Below, piece by piece: positions 55,397 through 64,000 of a stretch of DNA of 64,000 nucleotides. The position numbers and the translations under genes were made by a program. The notes beneath the pieces are model-generated. The model was given only the letters and a program-made list of their open reading frames with translations, did not search any database and was not told the origin of the DNA. Source of the DNA: Candidatus Planktophila sp. (lineage in GTDB: Bacteria > Actinomycetota > Actinomycetes > Nanopelagicales > Nanopelagicaceae); the NCBI GenBank assembly GCA_044348405.1, contig JBIKSX010000001.1, positions 28,328-92,327 of the forward strand, written 5' to 3'. Position 1 is the first letter of the stretch; every line of letters begins with the position of its first letter.

Positions 55397-55681
55397 CTAC
55401 AGCCCGCGCAACAAACCAATAAGCAATTGTGTTGCGAAAAACAGCACAATAAAACTCATGTCTAAACTGATCGCACCTAAACGAAGTGGTGGCACGAAGC
55501 GACCGACAAACTTCATTGGTGGATCGGTAATTGTGTAGATTGCTTCTACAAAGTAGAGGGTGATTCCTTTTGGTCGCCAGGTTCTGGAAAACATCTGGAC
55601 GTAATCAAAAATCAAACGTCCCAAAAGCGCTAAAAGAAAGATTTGAAGAACACTGGCTAGCAGTGAGCCTACATTCAACAT
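55397..55681 (-). CDS. YggT/YlmG (SepG) family membrane protein
   Basis: YTITDPP, PPLRLG..LDMSF; follows sepF. Confidence 0.92.
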   Translation of the reverse strand: MLNVGSLLASVLQIFLLALLGRLIFDYVQMFSRTWRPKGITLYFVEAIYTITDPPMKFVGRFVPPLRLGAISLDMSFIVLFFATQLLIGLLRGL

Positions 55682-55683
55682 AA

Positions 55684-56166
55684 TCAGCTCTGGTTAAAGA
55701 AACTTGCTTGTGCAGCTGCAGACTTATCTTCAGAGCTAACTGAAACATTTGCAGGTGAAAGTAGGAAAACCTTCTTTGTTACACGTTCGATAGTTCCGTG
55801 CAAACCAAAAGCTAAACCACTTGCAAAATCAACTAAGCGCTTATGTTCTGATTCATCCATTTCAGTCAGGTTGATAATCACTGGATTACCCTGACGGAAA
55901 TGCTCACCGATAGTGCGTGCCTCGTTGTAATAACGTGGGTGCAAGGTAACGATGCGATCCATTGCTGGAAGATCAAGCTGTGGTGCAACCTCTACAACTG
56001 ATGAATGGCGCAATGAACCGACAGAACGTGGTTCGCGAGTCTTAATGCGAACATCACCTGTTGGGGCAATTGCTGGAGTATTTGTAGTTGCTGCTTGTGG
56101 AGTATCAAATTCAGGATCATCCATCAAGCCAAGGTAATTAGCGACACGGCGCATTGCGTTAGACAT
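55684..56166 (-). CDS. sepF: Cell division protein SepF
   Basis: YNEARTIGEHFR, KRLVDFASGL, VFLLSP. Confidence 0.96.
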   Translation of the reverse strand: MSNAMRRVANYLGLMDDPEFDTPQAATTNTPAIAPTGDVRIKTREPRSVGSLRHSSVVEVAPQLDLPAMDRIVTLHPRYYNEARTIGEHFRQGNPVIINLTEMDESEHKRLVDFASGLAFGLHGTIERVTKKVFLLSPANVSVSSEDKSAAAQASFFNQS

Positions 56167-56175
56167 GGTTAAAGG

Positions 56176-56832
56176 TTACCTGTGGGGTGAGCGAGAACCG
56201 AGGATTGATGAGCCTACGCGCGCATGTGTCGCACCATGTGAAATAGCTGATTGGTAATCACCACTCATGCCCGCTGACAAAGAGTTCGCCGCTGGAAATC
56301 TAAGTAAAAACTCATTACGAATCACTGCTAATTGCGAATATGCCATATCCGGGTCCATTTCCACCGGCGGGACTGACATCAAACCCGCCAGGGTATGAAC
56401 CGTGGATTCAGAGACTAATTCAGCCAAGTGATACAGCTGATCCACCCCTGCTCCCCCACGATTGTGGGCCCCATCTAAAGAAACCTGCAAAAAAATACTT
56501 AAGGGATGTGGTGCAACTTTTTCAATAATTTCAAAATGTCGAGGATCATCTAAAGAGTGAATCACAGAGGCCCAAGAAGTTATGGACTTTAATTTATTGC
56601 TCTGAATTTGTCCTTGAAAGTGCCAAGTTCCCGGCACAACTGCAGACTTTTCGGCACCTTCAGAATCCCGATTTTCACCAAAATCATTGACGCCTAATTC
56701 TTTGAGAATCTGAACATCACTAGCCGGAAATGTCTTAGTCACTGCAATCAAGGTAACTGGGTGCGCGGCTACGGCAGCAATATTTGCACGTACGGTTTCC
56801 AGGTTATGGGCAATTTCTTCTTTTCGACTCAT
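56176..56832 (-). CDS. yggS: YggS family PLP homeostasis protein
   Basis: LIAVTK, FGEN, WHFQGQIQSNK, LSAGMSGDY, RVGSSILG. Confidence 0.95.
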   Translation of the reverse strand: MSRKEEIAHNLETVRANIAAVAAHPVTLIAVTKTFPASDVQILKELGVNDFGENRDSEGAEKSAVVPGTWHFQGQIQSNKLKSITSWASVIHSLDDPRHFEIIEKVAPHPLSIFLQVSLDGAHNRGGAGVDQLYHLAELVSESTVHTLAGLMSVPPVEMDPDMAYSQLAVIRNEFLLRFPAANSLSAGMSGDYQSAISHGATHARVGSSILGSRSPHR

Positions 56833-57479
56833 AGTGAAACTACCCCAGCAAATCTTCCTGTGGGATTTTGGCGCCGGTGAGAAAAATACAGTTCGTCTTC
56901 ATAGGTACAGACCGTCGATGCTTCATAAGAGACACCTGCAGTTACCAAATCTGCAATCAACGCTTTCGGTAGATCTAGTCCAGGAGTTCCTTTTCGAGTC
57001 GTGGCAAATGCTCGTGGGTGATCGGAAATTACATCTTGCTGCATCGCAAATGGCACTTCATAACAACTGCCACAAATTGATGGCCCTAAAACCGCGTGCA
57101 AATCTATTGCTCCCAAAGTTCGCATTTTTTGTATTGCCTTTATCGCAATGCGATTGACCAACCCTGCGCGACCAACATGGATTGCACCGACTACTTCTTT
57201 GGAAATCAACAGCAAAGGAATGCAATCGGCAACCATGACTGCCAGTGAAAGATTTGGTGTGGTGGTGATCAAACCATCACAAGTAGGGGTCTGATCCGTA
57301 ATGGTTTCGACAACTTCAAGGTGATCACCATGAACTTGATTCATGAACTGCGCAGTACCAATTTTTTTTCGATTGGAAACCACAATTGCGGGATCGTCAC
57401 CAACATGCAACGCCAAATTCAATGATTCATAGACGCCAAGGCTTTCGCCTCCGCGTCGATCGGTAAAGAAGTGAGGCAA
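56829..57479 (-). CDS. pgeF: PgeF/YfiH family purine nucleoside phosphorylase-like protein
   Basis: LNLALHVGD, QVHG, ADCIP, HVGR, GPSICGSCYEV, FSHRR. Confidence 0.93.
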   Translation of the reverse strand: MPHFFTDRRGGESLGVYESLNLALHVGDDPAIVVSNRKKIGTAQFMNQVHGDHLEVVETITDQTPTCDGLITTTPNLSLAVMVADCIPLLLISKEVVGAIHVGRAGLVNRIAIKAIQKMRTLGAIDLHAVLGPSICGSCYEVPFAMQQDVISDHPRAFATTRKGTPGLDLPKALIADLVTAGVSYEASTVCTYEDELYFSHRRQNPTGRFAGVVSL

Positions 57480-57483
57480 AGCC

Positions 57484-58614
57484 TTACTTCATGAAGTCAG
57501 GAACGTCGATTTCGTCCTCTGCAACTAGCTCTTCAAAGGTCACGCGACGCTTAGGAGTCTCATTGCCGAGATCGAGTGCGACCGAAAGCGGATCATTTGC
57601 CGCGATTGGATCAGCCACGCCGCCAAGGGTTGCTGCATCGATTACTGGCGTGGCTACCTTCTTAGGTGCTCCACCTTCAAATCCTGCAGCGACAACGGTG
57701 ATGCGAACCTCGTCACCTAGTGCGTCATCAATCGTTGTTCCGAAGATGAACTTGGCGTTTGGATGAACTGCAGACTGAACTAGTTCGCACGCTTCATTAA
57801 CTTCAAATAGACCAAGGTCAGATCCACCAGAGACTGACAGAAGTACTCCCATTGCTCCATCAATTGAGGCTTCAAGGAGTGGACTTGAAATCGCAAGTTC
57901 TGCTGCGCGAAGTGCACGGTTTTCACCACGGGCAGAACCAATACCCATCAACGCCGAGCCTGCTCCAGACATAACTGCTTTTACATCGGCAAAGTCAAGG
58001 TTGATCAAACCAGGTTGTGTGATGATCTCGGTAATTCCTTGAACACCAGAAAGCAATACTTGATCTGCACTCTTGAATGCATCGGCCAAAGTAATTGTGC
58101 GATCTGAAATTGCGAGCAAGCGATCATTAGGAATCACAATTAATGTGTCTACCTCTGCGCGCAATGCTTCGATACCAACATCTGCTTGTGCTGAACGAAG
58201 TTTTGCTTCAAAAGAAAATGGTCGGGTTACTACACCGATAGTTAGTGCACCAATATCTTTTGCAATCTTCGCAACAACAGGTGCTGCACCTGTTCCTGTT
58301 CCACCACCTTCGCCTGCAGTTACAAACACCATATCTGCGCCGCGTAAAATTTCCTCAATGTCATCTGCATGATCAAGTGCAGCTTCGCGTCCCTTGTCTG
58401 GATCCATTCCTGCACCAAGACCGCGCGTTGTCTTGCGACCAATATCTAATTTCACATCCGCATCACTCATTAACAAATGTTGCGCATCTGTGTTGATTGC
58501 AATGAACTCGACACCTTTAAGGCCGACGTCGATCATTCGATTAATTGCATTAACTCCACCGCCACCAATGCCGACGACTTTGATGACCGCTAAATAATTC
58601 TGTGGTGAAGCCAC
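57484..58614 (-). CDS. ftsZ: Cell division protein FtsZ
   Basis: GGGGVNA, GGGTGTG tubulin motif, INLDFADV, C-terminal DVPDF. Confidence 0.99.
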   Translation of the reverse strand: MASPQNYLAVIKVVGIGGGGVNAINRMIDVGLKGVEFIAINTDAQHLLMSDADVKLDIGRKTTRGLGAGMDPDKGREAALDHADDIEEILRGADMVFVTAGEGGGTGTGAAPVVAKIAKDIGALTIGVVTRPFSFEAKLRSAQADVGIEALRAEVDTLIVIPNDRLLAISDRTITLADAFKSADQVLLSGVQGITEIITQPGLINLDFADVKAVMSGAGSALMGIGSARGENRALRAAELAISSPLLEASIDGAMGVLLSVSGGSDLGLFEVNEACELVQSAVHPNAKFIFGTTIDDALGDEVRITVVAAGFEGGAPKKVATPVIDAATLGGVADPIAANDPLSVALDLGNETPKRRVTFEELVAEDEIDVPDFMK

Positions 58615-58635
58615 GTTAATCCTCCTTATGAACCA

Positions 58636-58738
58636 TAAACCTCAAGTTGAGGCTTACAATTCACTACTTTTCGATAAGGCGAACTTAAAGTGCAAGCGGG
58701 TGATTATCAAACACCGACATGAATTGATTAACGTGTCG
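58636..58738 (-). promoter_or_regulatory. ftsZ promoter region with palindromic site and GACAC motif
   Basis: TTGATA-17nt-TAAGTT (58710-58682); CCTCAAGTTGAGG at 58640-58652; CGACAT/GTGTCG inverted pair at 58715-58738. Confidence 0.55.
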
Positions 58739-58759
58739 CAAAAATTGGTTTTTTAAAAA

Positions 58760-59398
58760 TCACTTAACGATTGGTGCATGCGGTGCCGAAACATCGACCC
58801 TCTTAATATCTGCATTTTCTGGAAGAGCAATAAGAGCCCTATAAACCTTTAGTTTTAACTCATTATCTGAGTCATTACCCCATCGAATTTCAATATCTTT
58901 GCCATTGTTTTTAGTTATCAAAACCAAGGCTCCAGTGCTTCGAACTTTTACAACCATCAAGGAAGACTTGAGCTCATCGGGTAACTGAGTTAGGAAGCTG
59001 ACAGCTCGTTTTGCATCCTCAATCTCGGCCGCTTGAATCTGAATCAAGCCCTCTGGTCGCTTGCCTTGTGGCACAAAACTGGCAGCTGTTGAATCGATAA
59101 CTTGATTTTCAAAAATCGCAATTGGTACCCGGGATGTAAGTTCCACGACAACTTTTCCATTGATCCAATTACGAGAAACGTCAGCCGATTTAACCCAATC
59201 CAGTTTTCCCAATTGTGTTTCGATTGCACGTGGTTCAACGCGTGCAAGTTTTTGCCCCTTAACAATGCCTGTATTCAATGGTCGGGTACTTCCAATTACT
59301 TCTACCGAAGAAACTGTGAACAAAGTTGAATATCCCAAGACATAGGTCAAACCCGCCAATAAGGCAACGACTATTCCTGCAATTAAGGAGCGCTTCAT
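58760..59398 (-). CDS. ftsQ: Cell division protein FtsQ/DivIB (compact)
   Basis: N-terminal TM, POTRA-like WVKSADVSRNW, C-terminal VDVSAP; between murC and ftsZ. Confidence 0.88.
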   Translation of the reverse strand: MKRSLIAGIVVALLAGLTYVLGYSTLFTVSSVEVIGSTRPLNTGIVKGQKLARVEPRAIETQLGKLDWVKSADVSRNWINGKVVVELTSRVPIAIFENQVIDSTAASFVPQGKRPEGLIQIQAAEIEDAKRAVSFLTQLPDELKSSLMVVKVRSTGALVLITKNNGKDIEIRWGNDSDNELKLKVYRALIALPENADIKRVDVSAPHAPIVK

Positions 59399-60784
59399 TT
59401 AACTAAAACGCCTATTTAGGCCCTCAACAATAATTGGGGCTAGCGAGCTGACATCGCCTGCACCTAAAGTCATAATGACATCACCAGGTTGGGCATCTGC
59501 GATTACTGAATCTGTCACCTCTACAAAGTTAGGGATGTATTCACCTTTATTCATCTTTGAGGTAATGATCTTCGAATTTACGCCATCAATCGGCTTTTCA
59601 CTAGCTGCATATACTTCGAGCAAAATCGCGCGGTCTGCAACATTTAGTTCGGCGGCAAACTGCTCGGCAAATGCCTTGGTCCTGGAATAGCGGTGTGGTT
59701 GGAAGATTACGATTAATCGACCCTCATCTGCATAACGTCGAGCAGCTTCAAGAGTCACATGGATTTCAGTTGGATGATGTCCATAATCATCGATTACGCG
59801 GATGCCATGAACAGTGCCCTTCAATTCAAACCTGCGACCTGTCCCCCTAAAACTTCCCAAACCAGTTAATAGCTCTGCGGGCGGGAAACCCAGCTTTAGC
59901 CCTGTTGCCAAAACACCGGCTGCATTTAACAAATTGTGATGACCCGGTACTTGCAGTTCGATGTGACCAACACTTTTACCTTTCCAAATCGCTCTAGCGC
60001 GCGAGCCCATTGTAAGAAGTTCTATCTGATCAATATGTAAATCAGCGGTTTCATTGACGCCATAGGAAATAACTTCTACCGAAGCAATGCTTTGGGCAAG
60101 TGCAACCGCACCAGCATCATCTGCGCAGTAGGTAAGGAAGCCACCTTTTTGAATAGTTGCAGCAAAATCTCTGAAAGCTTGCGCAACTGATTCCGCGGTT
60201 TCAAAGAAATCAACGTGATCGTGCTCGACATTTGTCACGATGGCAGCAAACGGGTGATATTCAATAAAGGAACCATCAGATTCATCAGCTTCTGCGACAA
60301 AGATTTCACCGGTACCACGATGTGCATTTGATCCGGAAGCGGTAATTGTTCCGCCGATTGCAAAAGAAGGATCGGCCCCACATGCTTGTAAAGCGACAGC
60401 CAGCATCGATGAAGTAGTTGTCTTGCCATGAGTTCCAGCAACGGCCACACTCTTTGATTCAGACATCAAAACCGACAAAGCGCCGGCTCTTGTCAAGATA
60501 GGAATTTTTAATTCCTGGGCACGTAGGCGTTCTGAATTGGTTTCTGAAATTGCATTGGAGTACACAACAAGATCAGAACCATCAACATTTTCTGCGCTAT
60601 GGATTGTTGAAACAGTTGCACCGAGTGCAGACAATGCAGTAACAACTGAAGAATCTTTAGCATCAGAGCCACTGACGGTGATTCCGTGAGACAAAGCTAT
60701 TCGCGCAAGACCGCTCATGCCCGCTCCACCGATTCCGATGAAATGCACCCGCTTACCAATAAGTGATGTCAGCTGTGGCTTCAT
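59399..60784 (-). CDS. murC: UDP-N-acetylmuramate--L-alanine ligase
   Basis: HFIGIGGAGMS, GTHGKTTT, EADESD, DDYGHHPTE, FQPHRYSRT. Confidence 0.98.
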   Translation of the reverse strand: MKPQLTSLIGKRVHFIGIGGAGMSGLARIALSHGITVSGSDAKDSSVVTALSALGATVSTIHSAENVDGSDLVVYSNAISETNSERLRAQELKIPILTRAGALSVLMSESKSVAVAGTHGKTTTSSMLAVALQACGADPSFAIGGTITASGSNAHRGTGEIFVAEADESDGSFIEYHPFAAIVTNVEHDHVDFFETAESVAQAFRDFAATIQKGGFLTYCADDAGAVALAQSIASVEVISYGVNETADLHIDQIELLTMGSRARAIWKGKSVGHIELQVPGHHNLLNAAGVLATGLKLGFPPAELLTGLGSFRGTGRRFELKGTVHGIRVIDDYGHHPTEIHVTLEAARRYADEGRLIVIFQPHRYSRTKAFAEQFAAELNVADRAILLEVYAASEKPIDGVNSKIITSKMNKGEYIPNFVEVTDSVIADAQPGDVIMTLGAGDVSSLAPIIVEGLNRRFS

Positions 60785-61857
60785 GATTTCAAAGCAAACT
60801 CGGTAAGTGCGACAATTTTTTGCGCTGCGTCAAGGTCTTGATCATTTCCATCAATAGGCGCATTAGCTGCAGCAACTAGCAATCTATCGATGTGTGAGGC
60901 AAGAAATTGAGCACTGAACTCTTTCTGAGTGATGATTTCAGCGCGACCATCAGCAACCAATGAAGCAGCGTTAACGAACTGTTCTCCATTTCCGATCGGC
61001 AGTGGCACAAAAAGAGCGTATCGACCCAAGGCTCTAAATTCGCTACAGGTCACTGCTCCGCTTCGAGCAATCACTAAATCAGCTGCTAAATAAGCATCAG
61101 CCATGGCTTCAACATAGGCAACTGGCCTATAGCCGCCTTGCGAAACCGGCAAGGCATTTAGTTTTCCAACTGAATGAAGTACTGAGATTTCGTTTTGATT
61201 AAAGGTTGCGACGCTGTCAGCAACAACGGCATTGATTGCCATCGAACCTTGGGAACCGCCCATGATGAAAACAAGTGGGCGATCTGCCGGAAAACCCAAT
61301 CGTGACTTGGCAGCGCTTCGAGCACCTGCCCAATTAGAAACTGAGGCAACGCATGCTTGTGCAACATCTGATCTAAGCGGCAAACCTGCTAATAGTGCAT
61401 CGGCAAACTTTCCAGATTCCACCGGATGAGCCACTGCAAGTTGTGAAGTAAAAGCTGCACCTAGTCGATTGGCCCAACCTGGCTTTGCGTTGGCTTCATG
61501 AATCACAATCGGGATGCGTGAAAGGGCGGCAGCCAAATATGCAGGTGCGCTGACATAACCACCAAAGCCGATTAGAGCATCAGCTTTTTTCACAATCTGC
61601 ATTGCTGAGCGAACTGAGGTAATTAAATCAAATGGGATGCGCAGCCAGGATGCAGAAGGCTTTCTAGAAATTGTAACTTTTGGAATAACATGTAGTTCAA
61701 AACCTGCCGCTGGCACAAGTGTGTTTTCAAGTCCGCTCTTTGTTCCTAAAAAAATGCAGGTATCTGCCGGATTCGTTTTCATCCATTGCCGTGCAACAGC
61801 AAGTGCGGGCTCGATATGTCCTGCGGTGCCACCACCGGCTAGAACTACCGTAGCCAT
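60781..61857 (-). CDS. murG: Lipid II GlcNAc transferase MurG
   Basis: GGGTAGH, FGGYVS, HEAN, GGSQG, RSGA, EQ..NA. Confidence 0.97.
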   Translation of the reverse strand: MATVVLAGGGTAGHIEPALAVARQWMKTNPADTCIFLGTKSGLENTLVPAAGFELHVIPKVTISRKPSASWLRIPFDLITSVRSAMQIVKKADALIGFGGYVSAPAYLAAALSRIPIVIHEANAKPGWANRLGAAFTSQLAVAHPVESGKFADALLAGLPLRSDVAQACVASVSNWAGARSAAKSRLGFPADRPLVFIMGGSQGSMAINAVVADSVATFNQNEISVLHSVGKLNALPVSQGGYRPVAYVEAMADAYLAADLVIARSGAVTCSEFRALGRYALFVPLPIGNGEQFVNAASLVADGRAEIITQKEFSAQFLASHIDRLLVAAANAPIDGNDQDLDAAQKIVALTEFALKS

Positions 61858-63005
61858 TTGATTCCCGTCTCTTGTAATCCTTTATAGATTACTGGATCTC
61901 TTCGCGCTGCGCCTAAAACAAACCCAATTCCCATATATGTCGCAATCAATGCAGAACCACCGTATGAAACAAGTGGCAGGGTTACACCAACTACAGGCAA
62001 AACACTTATTGCAGAGCCAATGTTAAGAACTATTTGAATTGCAAACCAGCAACCCAGACCTGCAGACACATAACGCACCATAGGATCACTTGCGCGTAAT
62101 GCTAATTTAAAGATTGAAAACAAAAGCAAAGCTAACAAAAGTAAAGTAGCCAAAGTGCCAAATAAGCCAAGCTCTTCACCAATTACTGAGAAAATAAAAT
62201 CCGTGTGAGCTTCTGCAAGGTTTCCCCATTTTTGACGGCTTGCGCCTAAGCCCACACCAAAAAGGCCCCCACTTGCTAGGCCCAGCAAACTATGTGCCGG
62301 CTGCCAACCCGAGAATTTGTATTGATCTTCGGCAAAAGGATTAAGAAAAACCGCAAAGCGTTCTGCGCGATATGGAGATGTCAAAATCAGTACTGCAAGT
62401 GCTGCTAAACCTGCAGCGATGCCAATTCCAAATAGTCCGATGCGCAACCCTGAAACCCACAACAATCCAGCCAAGATAAAAGCAAACACTGACGCGGTAC
62501 CCAGGTCGCGACCTGCCATCACCAAAATCATGCACAGCAAGAAGGCTGGTCCAATCAAAACAAGAACATTGCTCTGAATCGCACCGGCACGTTCTCGAAT
62601 CGCCAGCATATGTCCTGCCCACAAAATCATTAAGAACTTTGCGATCTCACTAGGTTGCACATCGACAAATCCGAGACTGATCCAGTTGTGATTACCGTTG
62701 ACGCTTTTTCCTATAAGTTGCACCAGCACCAAGAGCACCACTGAAATCACAACACCAAAACGTGCGATGACTTTCCATTGACGTAGCGACAACCGCGATA
62801 AAACCCACGCCATTGGCAATGAAATAAGCAGAAAAAGAAATTGTCGGATAACGACTCCATAGGTTGTACCGCGGGAACCCAGCGAATAAATCGATGAAGC
62901 AGAAAAAACCATAATCAAACCCAAAAGGCTTAACGCCAAAGTACTGCCTAGCAGCATGTAATAAAGATTTACCGGCTTCGTGAAAAGGGTTTCCTTACTT
63001 TTCAT
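61845..63005 (-). CDS. ftsW: Peptidoglycan glycosyltransferase FtsW
   Basis: QPSEIAK, DLGT, AHTDFIFSVIGEELG, GVTLPLVSYGGS. Confidence 0.97.
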   Translation of the reverse strand: MKSKETLFTKPVNLYYMLLGSTLALSLLGLIMVFSASSIYSLGSRGTTYGVVIRQFLFLLISLPMAWVLSRLSLRQWKVIARFGVVISVVLLVLVQLIGKSVNGNHNWISLGFVDVQPSEIAKFLMILWAGHMLAIRERAGAIQSNVLVLIGPAFLLCMILVMAGRDLGTASVFAFILAGLLWVSGLRIGLFGIGIAAGLAALAVLILTSPYRAERFAVFLNPFAEDQYKFSGWQPAHSLLGLASGGLFGVGLGASRQKWGNLAEAHTDFIFSVIGEELGLFGTLATLLLLALLLFSIFKLALRASDPMVRYVSAGLGCWFAIQIVLNIGSAISVLPVVGVTLPLVSYGGSALIATYMGIGFVLGAARRDPVIYKGLQETGIKWLR

Positions 63006-64000
63006 GTGCAACTACCTTTCGAACTGCTGCCGCAAATCTATCTCCACGATCTGCATAAGAAATGAATTGATCCATGGACGCGCATGCTGGTGCTAGCAAA
63101 ACCGCATCTCCTGACGTTGCCTGCTTAGCAGCCGCCGAGACAATTGATTCCATTAAAGAATTGGACGCTCCCCCGCGGGTGTAATCATTTGGAGAATCAA
63201 TAAGAATTCTGGGAACAGTTGGGGCATGCTTGATCAAAGCGGCTTCAATCAGCCCGCGATCTTCACCAATGAGAATTGCCGCCTTAATTCTTGGCGCGCA
63301 TCTTTCAAGCAACGAATCCATGTCCGCACCTTTTGCCAATCCACCGGCAATCCACACAACCGAAAGATGTGACATTAATGAGGCCGCGGTTGCATGCGGA
63401 TTTGTTGCTTTGGAATCATCGACCCAAGTTATGCCATTTGATTCATGAATAGTTTCAATGCGATGTCGACCTGGGCGAAAGGCTTGCAGCGCTTTTTGAA
63501 TCACTCCGTGAGGAACATCAATGGCGCGAGCTAGCCCTGCTGCGGCCAAAGCGTTGGAAACATTATGTGGAACCGTTGGGATTATGTCAGCTAATTCGCA
63601 AATCATTGCTGCTTGTTGTGGATCAGCTACAAACGCCCGATCAACCAACAGTTCCTCGACTACTCCGATTTCACCTGGAGCTGGCGTATCTAGCGAAAAG
63701 AAAACCTTGCGTCCAGTAAATCGATTAGCACGAGTTACTACTGCGCCATCGTCTGCGTTAAGAATTGCAACATCTGTGCGATCTAGAATTGAAAACTTCG
63801 CATCGGCGTAGGCGTCAAAACTGCCATGCCAATCCAAGTGGTCATCAGCAATATTCAAAATTGCGGCAGCCTGAAACTGCGCTTGTCTAGCCCAGTGCAA
63901 TTGAAAACTAGAAAGCTCCAAAACCAAAACATCATAGGCATCAGTTCGATCGATTGCATCAATTACGGTGTCACCAACATTCCCACAAGCCGTTGCTTTG
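62995..64000 (-). CDS. murD: UDP-MurNAc-L-Ala--D-Glu ligase (5' end outside the window)
   Basis: Open to the window edge: CGNVG, LELSSFQL, DHLDWH, DDSKATN, LAPACASMDQF. Confidence 0.97.
   Translation of the reverse strand, partial: KATACGNVGDTVIDAIDRTDAYDVLVLELSSFQLHWARQAQFQAAAILNIADDHLDWHGSFDAYADAKFSILDRTDVAILNADDGAVVTRANRFTGRKVFFSLDTPAPGEIGVVEELLVDRAFVADPQQAAMICELADIIPTVPHNVSNALAAAGLARAIDVPHGVIQKALQAFRPGRHRIETIHESNGITWVDDSKATNPHATAASLMSHLSVVWIAGGLAKGADMDSLLERCAPRIKAAILIGEDRGLIEAALIKHAPTVPRILIDSPNDYTRGGASNSLMESIVSAAAKQATSGDAVLLAPACASMDQFISYADRGDRFAAAVRKVVAHEK

Overview
This 64 kb window is a gene-dense core-chromosome segment from a streamlined, moderate-GC actinobacterium. Gene order and protein sequences suggest the freshwater acI lineage (Ca. 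Planktophila/Nanopelagicales), which is an inference. Almost all genes are on the minus strand. In transcription order: dcw cluster (murD-ftsW-murG-murC-ftsQ-ftsZ-pgeF-yggS-sepF-yggT, no divIVA), T-box-controlled ileS on the plus strand, dksA-like-lspA-rluA-dnaE, a his-trp superoperon, dsbA-lgt-VIT1, gltBD-pyk-tRNA-Leu-ANTAR regulator, livKHMGF, polA, rpsA-coaE, uvrB-uvrA-uvrC-kinase-rapZ-yvcK-whiA, and gap-pgk-tpiA-secG-rbpA. I see no mobile element, CRISPR array, prophage or defence island, and I cannot support a claim of a wholly new multi-gene system. The best leads are small-scale. They are a 56-aa miniaturised Trp-operon membrane protein missed by the ORF track, an ileS T-box whose sequestering hairpin also resembles an intrinsic terminator, an IleRS with a GTHH signature, the missing divIVA, a non-lipoprotein LivK, a kinase inserted in the uvrC-rapZ operon, a possible gene relic carrying the dsbA promoter, and many leaderless promoters. 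All product calls come from motif recognition and synteny; no database search was run.
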